Assembly: GCA_043797665.1 (NCBI GenBank)
Contig: JAZDPL010000074.1
Location: 1-24,885 of the forward strand
DNA from: Candidatus Omnitrophota bacterium
GTDB lineage: Bacteria > Ratteibacteria > UBA8468 > MWAK01
Direction of reading: 5' to 3'
Length of the DNA: 24,885 bases
Both the position numbers and the translations under genes were made by a program. Shown here piece after piece: positions 1 to 8,845 of the stretch; within the stretch, counting starts at the first letter, position 1; every line of letters begins with the position of its first letter. Under the pieces are notes generated by a model that saw only the letters and a program-made list of their open reading frames with translations, was not told where the DNA came from and did no database searches.

Positions 1-17
1 AATCCCAGAAGGTCTTC

Positions 18-46
18 TTGACAGACGGCAGGTTTTTTGTTATAAT
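18..46 (+). promoter_or_regulatory. Consensus sigma70 promoter for the IS genes
   Basis: TTGACA (18-23), 17-bp spacer, TGn extended -10, TATAAT (41-46). Confidence 0.85.
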
Positions 47-76
47 CTGTATAGTTAATAAATATTAACCATACAG
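47..76. promoter_or_regulatory. Palindrome over the transcription start (possible operator or leader hairpin)
   Basis: CTGTATAGTTAATA-AA-TATTAACCATACAG, 13/14 inverted match, between the -10 box and ATG 81. Confidence 0.6.
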
Positions 77-80
77 TAAG

Positions 81-470
81 ATGGATACCAGCCGATTAAG
101 ACAGAATTTCTGGGGCTATTTTAAGGAACTGACAGGGCTTAAGGACAAACTTCTCACCAGAAGACCTATGGCCAGAGGCACCGTATATGAGTTAAAGAGG
201 AAGTGCGGAAGGAAAAAATGCCGCTGCACAAAAGGGCAACTACACAAACAGATGTGTATTGCTATTACCAGGAAAGGGAAGAAGACACTACGGCCTTTGA
301 AAGGGGAGGAGTTAATCACACTGCAGAAGTTTACCGGATTCCATCGTCAGTTCCGGAAAGCCAGGTCCTCTTTTATTAAGACTTCCCAGGAAATAGTTCG
401 TCTGGCCAATCAATTAGAAGAAGAGATGCTAAAGGAAGGAGAAGGATGTCTGAAGAAAGAAAAGAGATAA
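81..470 (+). CDS. DUF6788-like small basic Cys/His protein (IS accessory ORF)
   Basis: RGT...KCGRKKCRCTKGQLH motif; overlaps the transposase start. Confidence 0.75.
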   Translation: MDTSRLRQNFWGYFKELTGLKDKLLTRRPMARGTVYELKRKCGRKKCRCTKGQLHKQMCIAITRKGKKTLRPLKGEELITLQKFTGFHRQFRKARSSFIKTSQEIVRLANQLEEEMLKEGEGCLKKEKR

Positions 471-2152
471 AGGGGCAGACCTACCAGGAAATTGAAGAGA
501 ATACCATTCGGAAACTTTCCTGGAGGATGGCCCAGCGTGATGATAAGAAAGTAGCCAGAGATATCTATGAAAAAAGGGAAATTGATGGGATTTACAATTT
601 GGAAGACAGTGGTCTTTTAGATGGATTTTACGAGTGGCTACAGGAATGGAAGATTATTGAGACACTAAAAAAGTTCCGTCCTTCAGAAATAGAAAGGGTA
701 ATGGTTCCCTTCTTTCAATTTGTCCTTCTTTATTTTTTGAAGACTCTCTTTGGAATAGAGTCAATGAACAGTCTGCCCCATCTTCTTTTTTCCAATCAGG
801 CGGCTATGAATCTGGTGGGTTTCAATGCATACCAGATAGAAGAAGGGGTATGTCGCAGGGGAGAGTCTCGGCGTAAACATAAACCAAAAAGCGGTCCTAT
901 CTGTGATGATACCCTGGCCCGCAATATGATAAAGATACCCCTAAAGATTATCGAACAATTTTTCAATCAGGTAGTAAAGATTTTAGCCCGGGGGGGATTC
1001 TTCCCAAAGACTATCTCAGTAATTATTGATCCCACAGACATTCAAACCACTGCTGAATGGAAGGGATGTGGGAAGGTTATTCGGAAGAAAAGGATTAAGG
1101 ATAAACGGGGGCAATGGAAAGAGATAGAGATATATGTTTATGGCTGGAAATTAATCGTGGTATTTTATGCACCCTTAAAGATTCCCCTGGCCGCTAAGTT
1201 AGTAAAGATAGAAGAAAGTGAGAAAAACTATACCATGGAATTAATCAAGAAGGCCCAAGAGAATTTAGGTTCCGAAACCAAGATAATAAGAGTAAAGATG
1301 GACCGGGGCCACTTAGATGGTAAGACATTGTGGCAGATGAATAAAGAAGGGCTGGAGTTTGTCATTCCTGGCCGGTCTGATATGCAGGTGACCAAACATG
1401 CCAGAAGGTTAGCCAAAGTTATTATGGAAGAGGCTGGTGGGATACCTAATAGCCCCGGGATAAAGAAGGTAGGAGGTGGCGGATATATTCAGGTAAGAAA
1501 AAATCTGGTAAGAAGAGGAATTGGTGAGAATCAGAAAACAGAGAAACTACGCACGGTAGTAATAGGGATAAAGGGAGTGGTTTCCTATGACCAATATGGA
1601 GCAGATGGATTTTCTAAGGATAGATACAAGAAGAGTTTCCAACCACACAAGATCAATGCGGTGGTAGTGGTGGAATGGGAAGGTAAAAATTATGGAAGGG
1701 ACAAGTGGGTAGTCTATCTTACCAATATGAGAGTCTATAAGCCCATTAAAGTTTTTGATGAGTATGATGAACGTAGCATCATAGAAAACTCTTTATTCAA
1801 AGAAGCCAAACAGGGCTGGTTCATAAAACATGCACCCCAGAAAACAGAAAAAGCCCTTCATATCCATACCTTCTTCACCTTAGCAGTCTTTGCCCTAACC
1901 AATGCTTACCGGAGGTGGAGTGAGGAAAGAGAAAAAGAGGAAAGTCAAGATTTCCTGCTGGGTATTCGTAGGTGGCGGGAAAAGGTGAATATGAAATCCA
2001 AGGATAAGAGTCTGGTATTTATGGGAAATTGGTATGGGATTTTCTGGATGGCAGAGATTATGGTGCTTCTGGGTGTAAAGGTGAGAGACATACCACCTAA
2101 AGCAGGCACAGCAAAAGAGATCTTGGCCAGATATGGTATAAGACCACCATAG
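446..2152 (+). CDS. DDE transposase (IS4-superfamily-like; subfamily uncertain)
   Basis: 568 aa; IIDPT, MDRG and Y..R..IENSLFKEAKQGW catalytic motifs; purine-rich RBS. Confidence 0.85.
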   Translation: MSEERKEIKGQTYQEIEENTIRKLSWRMAQRDDKKVARDIYEKREIDGIYNLEDSGLLDGFYEWLQEWKIIETLKKFRPSEIERVMVPFFQFVLLYFLKTLFGIESMNSLPHLLFSNQAAMNLVGFNAYQIEEGVCRRGESRRKHKPKSGPICDDTLARNMIKIPLKIIEQFFNQVVKILARGGFFPKTISVIIDPTDIQTTAEWKGCGKVIRKKRIKDKRGQWKEIEIYVYGWKLIVVFYAPLKIPLAAKLVKIEESEKNYTMELIKKAQENLGSETKIIRVKMDRGHLDGKTLWQMNKEGLEFVIPGRSDMQVTKHARRLAKVIMEEAGGIPNSPGIKKVGGGGYIQVRKNLVRRGIGENQKTEKLRTVVIGIKGVVSYDQYGADGFSKDRYKKSFQPHKINAVVVVEWEGKNYGRDKWVVYLTNMRVYKPIKVFDEYDERSIIENSLFKEAKQGWFIKHAPQKTEKALHIHTFFTLAVFALTNAYRRWSEEREKEESQDFLLGIRRWREKVNMKSKDKSLVFMGNWYGIFWMAEIMVLLGVKVRDIPPKAGTAKEILARYGIRPP

Positions 2153-2173
2153 GTTTTGTCGCAGCCGGTTACC

Positions 2174-2196
2174 CGCAGGCTAAAGCCTGCGCCTAC
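2174..2196 (-). repeat. GTAG-type REP-like palindrome
   Basis: Minus strand GTAGG-CGCAGGC-TTTA-GCCTGCG, perfect 7-bp stem. Confidence 0.6.
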
Positions 2197-2349
2197 CAAA
2201 GCCTGCATGGGTCCCCTACCATCAAGGTAGGGCCACCTTTTGCCCGGGGTTCACTGAACATTTACGATTATTTACCCGGAATTGAATTTTCCTCACCCCT
2301 TATTTGAGTAATCATCTACCTTTTATGTTACCCGGGTATTTTCCTCAGG

Positions 2350-2402
2350 GGAACCACCGATTCCGGTAAAGTAGCCACCCGTTCCGGTCATGGTAGCCAC
2401 CT
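2350..2402. repeat. Tandem 21-22 bp repeats resembling an IS21-family terminal array (remnant)
   Basis: Minus strand GGTGGCTAC-CATG-ACCGGAA-CG / GGTGGCTAC-TTT-ACCGGAA-TC / GGTGGTTCC; no istAB nearby. Confidence 0.5.
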
Positions 2403-2477
2403 CCTGTTTTAATCCTCCCCCGTCCGGCGGAATTGACTTGTGTCCCACGCCGGCGTGTGCAGCACAGGCTTTAACCC

Positions 2478-2506
2478 TAAAAAACTTCTTATGTCGGAAT
2501 TTCAGT
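2478..2506 (-). repeat. 29-bp repeat, copy 1 (dif-like)
   Basis: Reverse complement ACTGAAATTCCGACATAAGAAGTTTTTTA is identical to 24663-24691. Confidence 0.85.
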
Positions 2507-2520
2507 TTATATTTATGCGG

Positions 2521-2550
2521 TTGACACTGAGATACCGGAGACAATATAAT
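2521..2550 (+). promoter_or_regulatory. sigma70 promoter of the deacetylase gene
   Basis: TTGACA-N18-TATAAT, 12 bp before ATG 2563. Confidence 0.75.
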
Positions 2551-2562
2551 TTGAAGGGTAAA

Positions 2563-3408
2563 ATGGAGATAATTTTTTCCCCGGAGTGTTTAAATTATAA
2601 GGTGCCGGGCCATCCGGAGAGGCCTAATCGGGTGAGGCGCGCTTATGAATATCTTCAGGAAAAGGGGTTCCGGTTCATCCCGGCCACACCGGCTTCGGAA
2701 GAGGATATTTTGCAGGTCCATTCCGGAAGCCTGCTGGATAAAATTAAAACCGGGGACTTTTCCGACCCGGATACTCCGAACGTTCCGGATATTTTCAGGT
2801 ACGCCTGTCTCTCCGCCGGCGCAGCTATCCAGGCTCAGGAACTATCTTCAGGGAAGGGGGAAAAGGTTCTGTCATTGATGAGACCGCCCGGGCACCATGC
2901 CACCAGAAATATCCCGGGAGGGTTTTGTTATTTTAACAATATTGCCATCGCCATGAAGAAGTCTTTAGAAAGAGTAAAGAGGGCGGCAATTTTAGATTTA
3001 GACTGCCACCACGGCAATGGTACCCAGGATATATTTCTGGGTGAAGAACGGGTTCTTTTTGTTTCCCTGCACCAGAGTCCCTTATACCCCGGTACCGGCT
3101 TATGTTCAGAAAGGAACTGTTTAAACTATCCCTTACCACCGTTCAGCGACGAGAAGAGATATCTTGTTGCTTTAGTGACCGGTTTAGAAAAGATATCTGA
3201 ATTTAAGCCGGAGATTTTAGGGATTTCGTTAGGGTTTGACACCTATAAGGATGACCCTTTAGGGCAGTTGCTCCTGGAAGAAGATTCCTACCGGAAGATT
3301 GGATTGATGATTAAGGAACTTCCAGTTCCCTCTTTTGCGGTTTTGGAAGGGGGATACAGCCGGTCCATCGGTCCTTGTCTTTACCAATTTATTCTGGGCT
3401 GGGCTTGA
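2563..3408 (+). CDS. Histone deacetylase / AcuC-AphA family Zn-dependent deacetylase
   Basis: HPERP, RPPGHHA, GFCYFNN, DLDCHHGNGTQ, SLHQ, GFD and LEGGY motifs; start moved from 2440 to 2563 because a promoter lies at 2521-2550. Confidence 0.92.
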   Translation: MEIIFSPECLNYKVPGHPERPNRVRRAYEYLQEKGFRFIPATPASEEDILQVHSGSLLDKIKTGDFSDPDTPNVPDIFRYACLSAGAAIQAQELSSGKGEKVLSLMRPPGHHATRNIPGGFCYFNNIAIAMKKSLERVKRAAILDLDCHHGNGTQDIFLGEERVLFVSLHQSPLYPGTGLCSERNCLNYPLPPFSDEKRYLVALVTGLEKISEFKPEILGISLGFDTYKDDPLGQLLLEEDSYRKIGLMIKELPVPSFAVLEGGYSRSIGPCLYQFILGWA

Positions 3409-4819
3409 TTAGTTTCTCGGCAATCCGCCTGGGAATACCTAATTCCACTAATTTTTCCAAAGGGGCTGATTTAATCGCTTCCAGGGAAGGGAAGAGGCGC
3501 CAGAGAATCTCTTTCCGTTTTGGTCCGATGCCCGGGACAGAATCAAGGGAAGAAGCAACTGCCTTGCGGTTTCGTAGTTTCCGGTGGTAGGATATGGCAA
3601 AGCGGTGCGCTTCATCCCTTACCCGGCGCAGGTACAGACCTTCCGGAGAGTTGGGTGCAATCGGTAGGGGCACAGGATTACCCGGGACAAAGAATTGTTC
3701 CTCCTTTTTTGCTAAACCCACCACGGGGATTTTGATTCCTGAAGCCGCCAGGGTACGGTAGGCGGTCTCCGCCTGTCCCCGACCGCCGTCGACCAAAATA
3801 AGGTCAGGCAGTGACCAGGCTTTTTCCGTCAGGCGCCTCCTTAAGACCTCACTTAGCATTCCGCAGTCATCAATTCCGGTTACTGACTTTATCCGGAACC
3901 GGCGATAGCCTTTTCGGTAGGGTTCGCCAGCCAGAAACGTTACCATACTTCCCACCGCTTCTTCGCCGAACAGGTTTGAAATGTCATAAGCCTCAATACG
4001 TACCGGTTCTTTTCCAAGATGCATCTGCTTTTTAAGATTAAGGACGGTCTTCTGCGTCGGGGTTTCTTTTCCGAGCGCTTTGGGATGCCGTTGGACCCTT
4101 TGAAGAACCTCAATTTCATCCCGGAGCAAAGCGGCTTTTTCAAAATCTAATTCTTCCGCCGATTTTTCCATTTCGTTCCGGAGTTCATTGATGACAGCGA
4201 TATTCTTACCCTGGAAAAAAGCCAGCATCGCCCGGGCAACACGGTTATAATCCTCCCGGGAAATCTTTCCGGTACAGGGAGCCAGACACCGTTTCAGTCG
4301 GTAGTCAAGGCAGGGACGGCCGGGCTTATTCACGTTAATCTTACGCCGGCAGCCGACTAAAGGAAAGATTCTTCGCAGGTTTCGGACCGCCCGGCGAAGT
4401 GCCCAGACCTGGGTGAAGGGACCAAAATAATAGGCGTCTTTTTCTTTTTGACCGCGGACGATGGTTATTCCGGGGAAAGGTTCTTTGGTAATCCGGACAA
4501 AAGGGAAGGTCTTGTCGTCCCGTTGTTCAACATTGTAGCGCGGTTGATAGGCTTTAATGAACCTGCTTTCCAGAAAGAAGGCTTCCGCTTCGCTGCCGGT
4601 GACAAAATACTCAATATCCGCTATCTCTCCGGTGAGGAAAGAAATCTTGGGGTCAGGATGGTAATTTTCCTGAAAGTATGACCGTACCCGGTTGCGCAGG
4701 TTGACGGCTTTGCCGACATAAATTATGTGGCCGGCCTTATCGCGGAATAGATAGATTCCGGGTGAAGAAGGGAGGTTAGGGAGTTGGTTCTGGAGTTTTC
4801 TCTTTTTCTTTGCCGGCAT
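3389..4819 (-). CDS. uvrC: Excinuclease ABC subunit C (compact form, ~476 aa)
   Basis: GIY..YVGKA.NLR.RV.SYF nuclease, UVR coil (FEKAA.LRD), RIEAYDIS, PDLILVDGG.GQ, RDEAHRFA, HhH (PGIGPK). Confidence 0.95.
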   Translation of the reverse strand: MPAKKKRKLQNQLPNLPSSPGIYLFRDKAGHIIYVGKAVNLRNRVRSYFQENYHPDPKISFLTGEIADIEYFVTGSEAEAFFLESRFIKAYQPRYNVEQRDDKTFPFVRITKEPFPGITIVRGQKEKDAYYFGPFTQVWALRRAVRNLRRIFPLVGCRRKINVNKPGRPCLDYRLKRCLAPCTGKISREDYNRVARAMLAFFQGKNIAVINELRNEMEKSAEELDFEKAALLRDEIEVLQRVQRHPKALGKETPTQKTVLNLKKQMHLGKEPVRIEAYDISNLFGEEAVGSMVTFLAGEPYRKGYRRFRIKSVTGIDDCGMLSEVLRRRLTEKAWSLPDLILVDGGRGQAETAYRTLAASGIKIPVVGLAKKEEQFFVPGNPVPLPIAPNSPEGLYLRRVRDEAHRFAISYHRKLRNRKAVASSLDSVPGIGPKRKEILWRLFPSLEAIKSAPLEKLVELGIPRRIAEKLIKPSPE

Positions 4820-5066
4820 CACTCTTAGTCTTTTCAACCTCGTTGGTATAGTTAATCTGGAGGTTGGCAATGGTACCAGCCAATTGCCGTTCTTCCTCCG
4901 GCGTGAGGTTGTTTTTAGACTTTTCGCGCAGAATCAGGAGAATGTCAATGGTGTTTCGCGCCGCATCCAGATTCACTTCGGTCTTTCCGGTCAATGGATT
5001 AGGGATTTTCCCCAGAGCCTGCCAGCCGGAGAGTTCAAAAATTCCGATCAGTTCTTTGAATTCCAT
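4776..5066 (-). CDS. DUF1844-like protein
   Basis: ALGKIPNP.TGK...NL..A...IDIL..L.EK...NL..EE motif; AGGAGG RBS before ATG 5066. Confidence 0.8.
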   Translation of the reverse strand: MEFKELIGIFELSGWQALGKIPNPLTGKTEVNLDAARNTIDILLILREKSKNNLTPEEERQLAGTIANLQINYTNEVEKTKSDAGKEKEKTPEPTP

Positions 5067-5099
5067 AGTCCTCCTATTTACCATTCGGTTTCGCAACTC

Positions 5100-5741
5100 C
5101 TAAAGGAGTACGGAAGTTCCGATTGCCAATTGCACTAAACGTTCAATAAGCGGGAGCAGCCGGTCAAAAGCGCCGAAGAAAAGTAAACCGAAAATGATAA
5201 GGATTCCGTACCTTTCTATCCGGTGATAACGCTGCTGCATTTCGTAGGGAAGGAGGCTGCTTACTATTCTTGACCCGTCCAGCGGTGGAATGGGAATCAT
5301 GTTAAAGGCGGCTAAGAGGAAGTTGATGAAGATGCCGTAATAAAGGAGAACAACGGCTCCGGAAGGATTAGTGCCGGTAGTCATCCGGAAAAGGAAGGCA
5401 AAGAAGAGACCCAGAATGATGTTGGCTAAAGGTCCGGCTGCACCCACTTCCAGCATTCCCCGGCGATAATTATGGAACCGGTAAGAGTTTACCGGCACCG
5501 GTTTTGCCCAGCCCAGAACAAATGGTTGTCCACCGGAAACCCTTGAAATCAGCAGGAGCAAAAGTGGCAGCATGATGGTACCCATCGGGTCTATGTGCGG
5601 GAGAGGGTTAAAGGTAATTCTTCCCATAACCTTTGCGGTATCGTCGCCGTTCCGCAAGGCAGCCAGGCCGTGGCACACTTCGTGGAAGATTACCGAAAAG
5701 AAGAGTATGACTAACAATCCAAAAAATATGACTATCTGCAT
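5100..5741 (-). CDS. Site-2 protease family (M50) membrane metalloprotease
   Basis: HEVCH, AGPLAN and FNMIPIPPLDG motifs; hydrophobic segments. Confidence 0.93.
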   Translation of the reverse strand: MQIVIFFGLLVILFFSVIFHEVCHGLAALRNGDDTAKVMGRITFNPLPHIDPMGTIMLPLLLLLISRVSGGQPFVLGWAKPVPVNSYRFHNYRRGMLEVGAAGPLANIILGLFFAFLFRMTTGTNPSGAVVLLYYGIFINFLLAAFNMIPIPPLDGSRIVSSLLPYEMQQRYHRIERYGILIIFGLLFFGAFDRLLPLIERLVQLAIGTSVLL

Positions 5742-5768
5742 AATCTATGTGATATTATAACACAGTTT

Positions 5769-5798
5769 TTGAATTAAAACGAAGTGCTGGGGTATAAT
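5769..5798 (+). promoter_or_regulatory. Putative promoter of tRNA-Arg
   Basis: TTGAAT-N18-TATAAT, 8 bp before the tRNA. Confidence 0.55.
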
Positions 5799-5806
5799 AG
5801 AAAAAA

Positions 5807-5880
5807 GCGCTTGTAGCTCAATTGGATAGAGTGTTGGCCTCCGAAGCCAAAGGTTGAGGGTTCGACCCCCTCCAAGCGCG
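5807..5880 (+). tRNA. tRNA-Arg(CCG)
   Basis: Acceptor GCGCTTG/CAAGCGC, anticodon arm TTGGC-CTCCGAA-GCCAA, T arm GAGGG-TTCGACC-CCCTC; CCA not encoded. Confidence 0.95.
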
Positions 5881-5897
5881 CTTCCTGAATATACGCG

Positions 5898-7403
5898 TTA
5901 CGATAGGGTAAATTCGCTGCGCAGGTAGGTGATTCCAAAGTAGCAGAGGCTGCCGGAGGCAAAGGCGGAAAGTAGCGCCCAGAGAGAACCAGAACAGGGT
6001 TCAAGTGCCTGAAAATAGATAAAGGCAACCAGCGTTGCCAGACCGGAAAGGATTACAAATTCCACGCCGCTGCGGAGTAAATGTCTGCCTCCCAATAAGC
6101 CAACCTTCCGGCGCAAGAAAAAGAAGAGCAGAGTGAAATTGCACAGTCCCACCAGAGAAGTAGCCAGAGCGATGCCGCCCTGTTTCATCGGTACCATAAG
6201 GATAAGGTCTAAAACCAGGTTTAGACCGATACTCAGGACACCGATTTTGACCGGGGTTCTGGTATCTTTCAGGGCGTAAAAAGCACGAGTCAATACAATT
6301 CCGCCGCTGTAAGCAAAGAGGCCAAGGGAGTAAAAAAGGAGCGCGGTACCGGTTGCCCGGGTGGAAAGGCTGGTAAAAAGTCCGTGTTGAAAAAGAATTC
6401 TGATAATCGGTTCCCGGAAGAATATCAGGCCAAAACTGGCCGGGATAACCAACAGGAAAGTTAATTTCAAGGAAAATGCAAGTGTTTTTTTCATCTCTGC
6501 CCAGTTTTTACCTACCGCTAAGCGGGAAAGGGAAGGAAGGGCAATCGTACCCATGGTGACACCAAAGACACCGATGGGTAACTGCATCAGACGGGTGGCA
6601 TACCAGAGGGAACTGACCATGCCGGGTGCAATGGTGCTGGCTAAAAAGAAATCCACCAGAATATTGATTGGCGCTACCGCCACACCGATAGTGACCGGAA
6701 GGAGTAACTTTCCCATTTTAATGAGCGCCGGGTTTTTGAAATTGAAACCCGGTTTCAGGGAGAAGCCGCGACGCCGGAGAGCCGGTAGCGGAATGAGGAA
6801 TTGGAATATTCCGCCGATTAGGAGACCGATAATGAGACCATAAGTTCGTCCGACCGGACCGGTTCCGATGAGAGGGGTAATAAATACCAGGCTGGCGATC
6901 CAGAACAGGTCAAGTCCAAGAGGTGCCAGGGCCGGACTGGCAAAATGTCCCACGGAATTGAGTATACCCATTACCAGTGCGGATAGAGAGACGAAGACTA
7001 AGTAAAAGATGGTAAAACGGAGGAAAGAAAGAGTGAGAATGGCTTTCTGACTCAAGGGGAAAAAGATGGCGATACTGGAAACAAACAAGAATAGGACTGA
7101 AAGCGATAGGGTTAGAAAGAGGCTGATACCCATTGTATCGTTGATTACTTTTTGCGCCTCTTCTTTCTTTTCCGGCGCAAGGTAATCGGCAAAAACCGGA
7201 ATGAAGGCACTGTTCAGACCACCCTCCGCCAATATTCCCCGGAAGAAATTGGGAATCATAAAGGCGAGGAGAAAGGCGTCGTAGACTAAGGTGGTACCAA
7301 AAAAATAGGCGCTGACCATTTCCCGAAAAAGGCCAGCCAGGCGGACTATTACCGTGGCGATACCCACCACCCCGGCTGCCTGGACGATTCGTTTTTTATC
7401 CAC
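5898..7403 (-). CDS. murJ: Lipid II flippase MurJ (MviN)
   Basis: R..G..RE...A..FG, DAF..AF.IPNFFR..LAEG, RLMQLP.G, RAFYA.KDT.TP; probable GTG start at 7403. Confidence 0.93.
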   Translation of the reverse strand: MDKKRIVQAAGVVGIATVIVRLAGLFREMVSAYFFGTTLVYDAFLLAFMIPNFFRGILAEGGLNSAFIPVFADYLAPEKKEEAQKVINDTMGISLFLTLSLSVLFLFVSSIAIFFPLSQKAILTLSFLRFTIFYLVFVSLSALVMGILNSVGHFASPALAPLGLDLFWIASLVFITPLIGTGPVGRTYGLIIGLLIGGIFQFLIPLPALRRRGFSLKPGFNFKNPALIKMGKLLLPVTIGVAVAPINILVDFFLASTIAPGMVSSLWYATRLMQLPIGVFGVTMGTIALPSLSRLAVGKNWAEMKKTLAFSLKLTFLLVIPASFGLIFFREPIIRILFQHGLFTSLSTRATGTALLFYSLGLFAYSGGIVLTRAFYALKDTRTPVKIGVLSIGLNLVLDLILMVPMKQGGIALATSLVGLCNFTLLFFFLRRKVGLLGGRHLLRSGVEFVILSGLATLVAFIYFQALEPCSGSLWALLSAFASGSLCYFGITYLRSEFTLS

Positions 7404-7517
7404 CCCTTTATTATACTTTTTCCCTTGGTAAGTCTGCAATCACCAGAGCCACCGGTGAAGGACACATCAAATTGGGTAAGGTAGGGGACTGTCCCCCGCG
7501 GCGACTTGGAATCTTTT

Positions 7518-7588
7518 TGGGAGGTCGCCTAACGGTAGGACTTCAGACTCTGGATCTGAGTATGGTGGTTCGAATCCACTTGTCCCAG
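7518..7588 (+). tRNA. tRNA-Gln(CTG) with an imperfect 3' acceptor strand; probable integration site
   Basis: Anticodon arm TCAGA-CTCTGGA-TCTGA, T arm GGTGG-TTCGAAT-CCACT; acceptor TGGGAGG/TGTCCCA has one G-G mismatch and one G-T pair. Confidence 0.9.
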
Positions 7589-7738
7589 CTATCAGAGTTG
7601 GACAAACAGTATCAATAATCCCTTTTTTGCCTTACCCTGCTTGCGTCGAAGAATTCTTGGAAGGTTTTCAACACTAGCAATGATTGACTCAGTTTTCGGA
7701 GAAAGGTAAAGAACAACTATTATTTGAGGTGACCACGG

Positions 7739-8839
7739 TTATTGATTTTCCGCAAATATCCGGGCAAACTCTTGGGCTGATTTTCTGAAGACTTCCATTA
7801 CAACCGGGGCAAAATGTCCGGGCCTGGTCCTCTGGTCACCCTCAATAATAATCCGGTAAGCCGTCTCGTGGTCAAAGCCGGGTTTATACGGTCGTTTACT
7901 TCTTAAGGCGTCATACACATCTGTGATATTTACGATGCGTCCTTCCATAGGAATGGCTTCTTCTTTCAATCCCGACGGATACCCGGAGCCGTCCCATTTT
8001 TCGTGGTGGGTAAGAGCAATTATCTCCGCAGCTTTCAGATATTCTGAAGAGGACCCTTTAAGGATGCTTGCGCCAATTTTAGCGTGGGTCTTCATAATCT
8101 CGAATTCTTCCGGCGTGAGGGAAGCCGGTTTTAGCAGGATATTGTCCGGTATGCCAACCTTGCCCAGGTCATGCATGGGGCTTCCGTGGAATATCACTTC
8201 CACTTTTTCCGGAGCAAGTCCTAATTCCCTTGCCAGGAACTGAGAGTAATGGCCGATCCTTCTAATGTGGGAACCGGTCTCTTCGTCCCGGTACTCGGCG
8301 GTTACGGTCAGGCGATAGATAGTTTCAATATAGCCGGCTTTTATCTTCTGGTTTGCGCCATCAAGTTCGTGCAGAGATTTACGCAGTTCTTCGGTTCGCA
8401 TCTGTACTTTTTCTTCCAGACCCTTCTGATACTCCCTGTTTTCCAGGACTAACCGACGTTTCTCCAGAACATTCCTTACCGCATGTTGAACTTCATCAAT
8501 ATTGAGCGGCTTCAACACGTACCGGTCTGCACCCTGGTTGAGGGAGGAGACGGCATCACCCAGGTCATCGCTGGCAGTAATAATAATGAAACCGGTATCA
8601 GGCAGGCATTTTTTCGCCTTTTCCAGAAATTCCAAACCGCTTTCCCCAGGCATGTGAATATCGGTTATCACCAGGGACGGTTTTGCTCTCTGGAGAGTTT
8701 CAAAACCTTCCTCGGCATTGCTTGCCTCCTCCACATCGTTGTAACCCAGGTGTTTCAGCGAATGGCTCAAGAAACGCCTTGCTACTTCCTCGTCATCTAT
8801 TATTAATATTTTTTCGTGCTGTTTTTTTTCATTAGTCAT
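7739..8839 (-). CDS. REC + HD-GYP cyclic-dinucleotide phosphodiesterase (RpfG family)
   Basis: N-terminal receiver; ETGSHI.R, MHDLGKVG, HHEKWDGSGYP, DVYDAL...RPYK. Confidence 0.93.
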   Translation of the reverse strand: MTNEKKQHEKILIIDDEEVARRFLSHSLKHLGYNDVEEASNAEEGFETLQRAKPSLVITDIHMPGESGLEFLEKAKKCLPDTGFIIITASDDLGDAVSSLNQGADRYVLKPLNIDEVQHAVRNVLEKRRLVLENREYQKGLEEKVQMRTEELRKSLHELDGANQKIKAGYIETIYRLTVTAEYRDEETGSHIRRIGHYSQFLARELGLAPEKVEVIFHGSPMHDLGKVGIPDNILLKPASLTPEEFEIMKTHAKIGASILKGSSSEYLKAAEIIALTHHEKWDGSGYPSGLKEEAIPMEGRIVNITDVYDALRSKRPYKPGFDHETAYRIIIEGDQRTRPGHFAPVVMEVFRKSAQEFARIFAENQ

Positions 8840-8845
8840 TTATTA

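Larger units (their letters stand above)
1..2265 (+). mobile_element. Two-gene insertion sequence; left end outside window, right terminal repeat ending at 2265
   Basis: Reverse complement of 2245-2265 (GTAAATGTTCAGTGAACCCCG) matches the TIR of the TSD-flanked MITE at 21584 at 18/21. Confidence 0.7.

Noticed and set aside
47..76. LexA box (CTGT...ACAG)
   Set aside because: The half-sites are 22 bp apart rather than 8.
1945..2208. Antisense ORF beginning MQALVGAGFSLR, and other short ORFs nested in long genes
   Set aside because: VGAGFSLR is the translation of the REP-like palindrome; the others are shadow frames of well-supported genes.
2323..2391. 22-aa peptide MTGTGGYFTGIGGSPEENTRVT with AGGAGG upstream
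   Set aside because: It coincides with the IS21-like tandem repeats, so the coding signal is probably incidental.
2440..2562. N-terminal extension of the deacetylase ORF
   Set aside because: It spans a consensus promoter and the 29-bp repeat; family similarity starts at ATG 2563.
7484..7496. GGGGACTGTCCCC palindrome before tRNA-Gln
   Set aside because: Short, single copy here, and no function can be supported.
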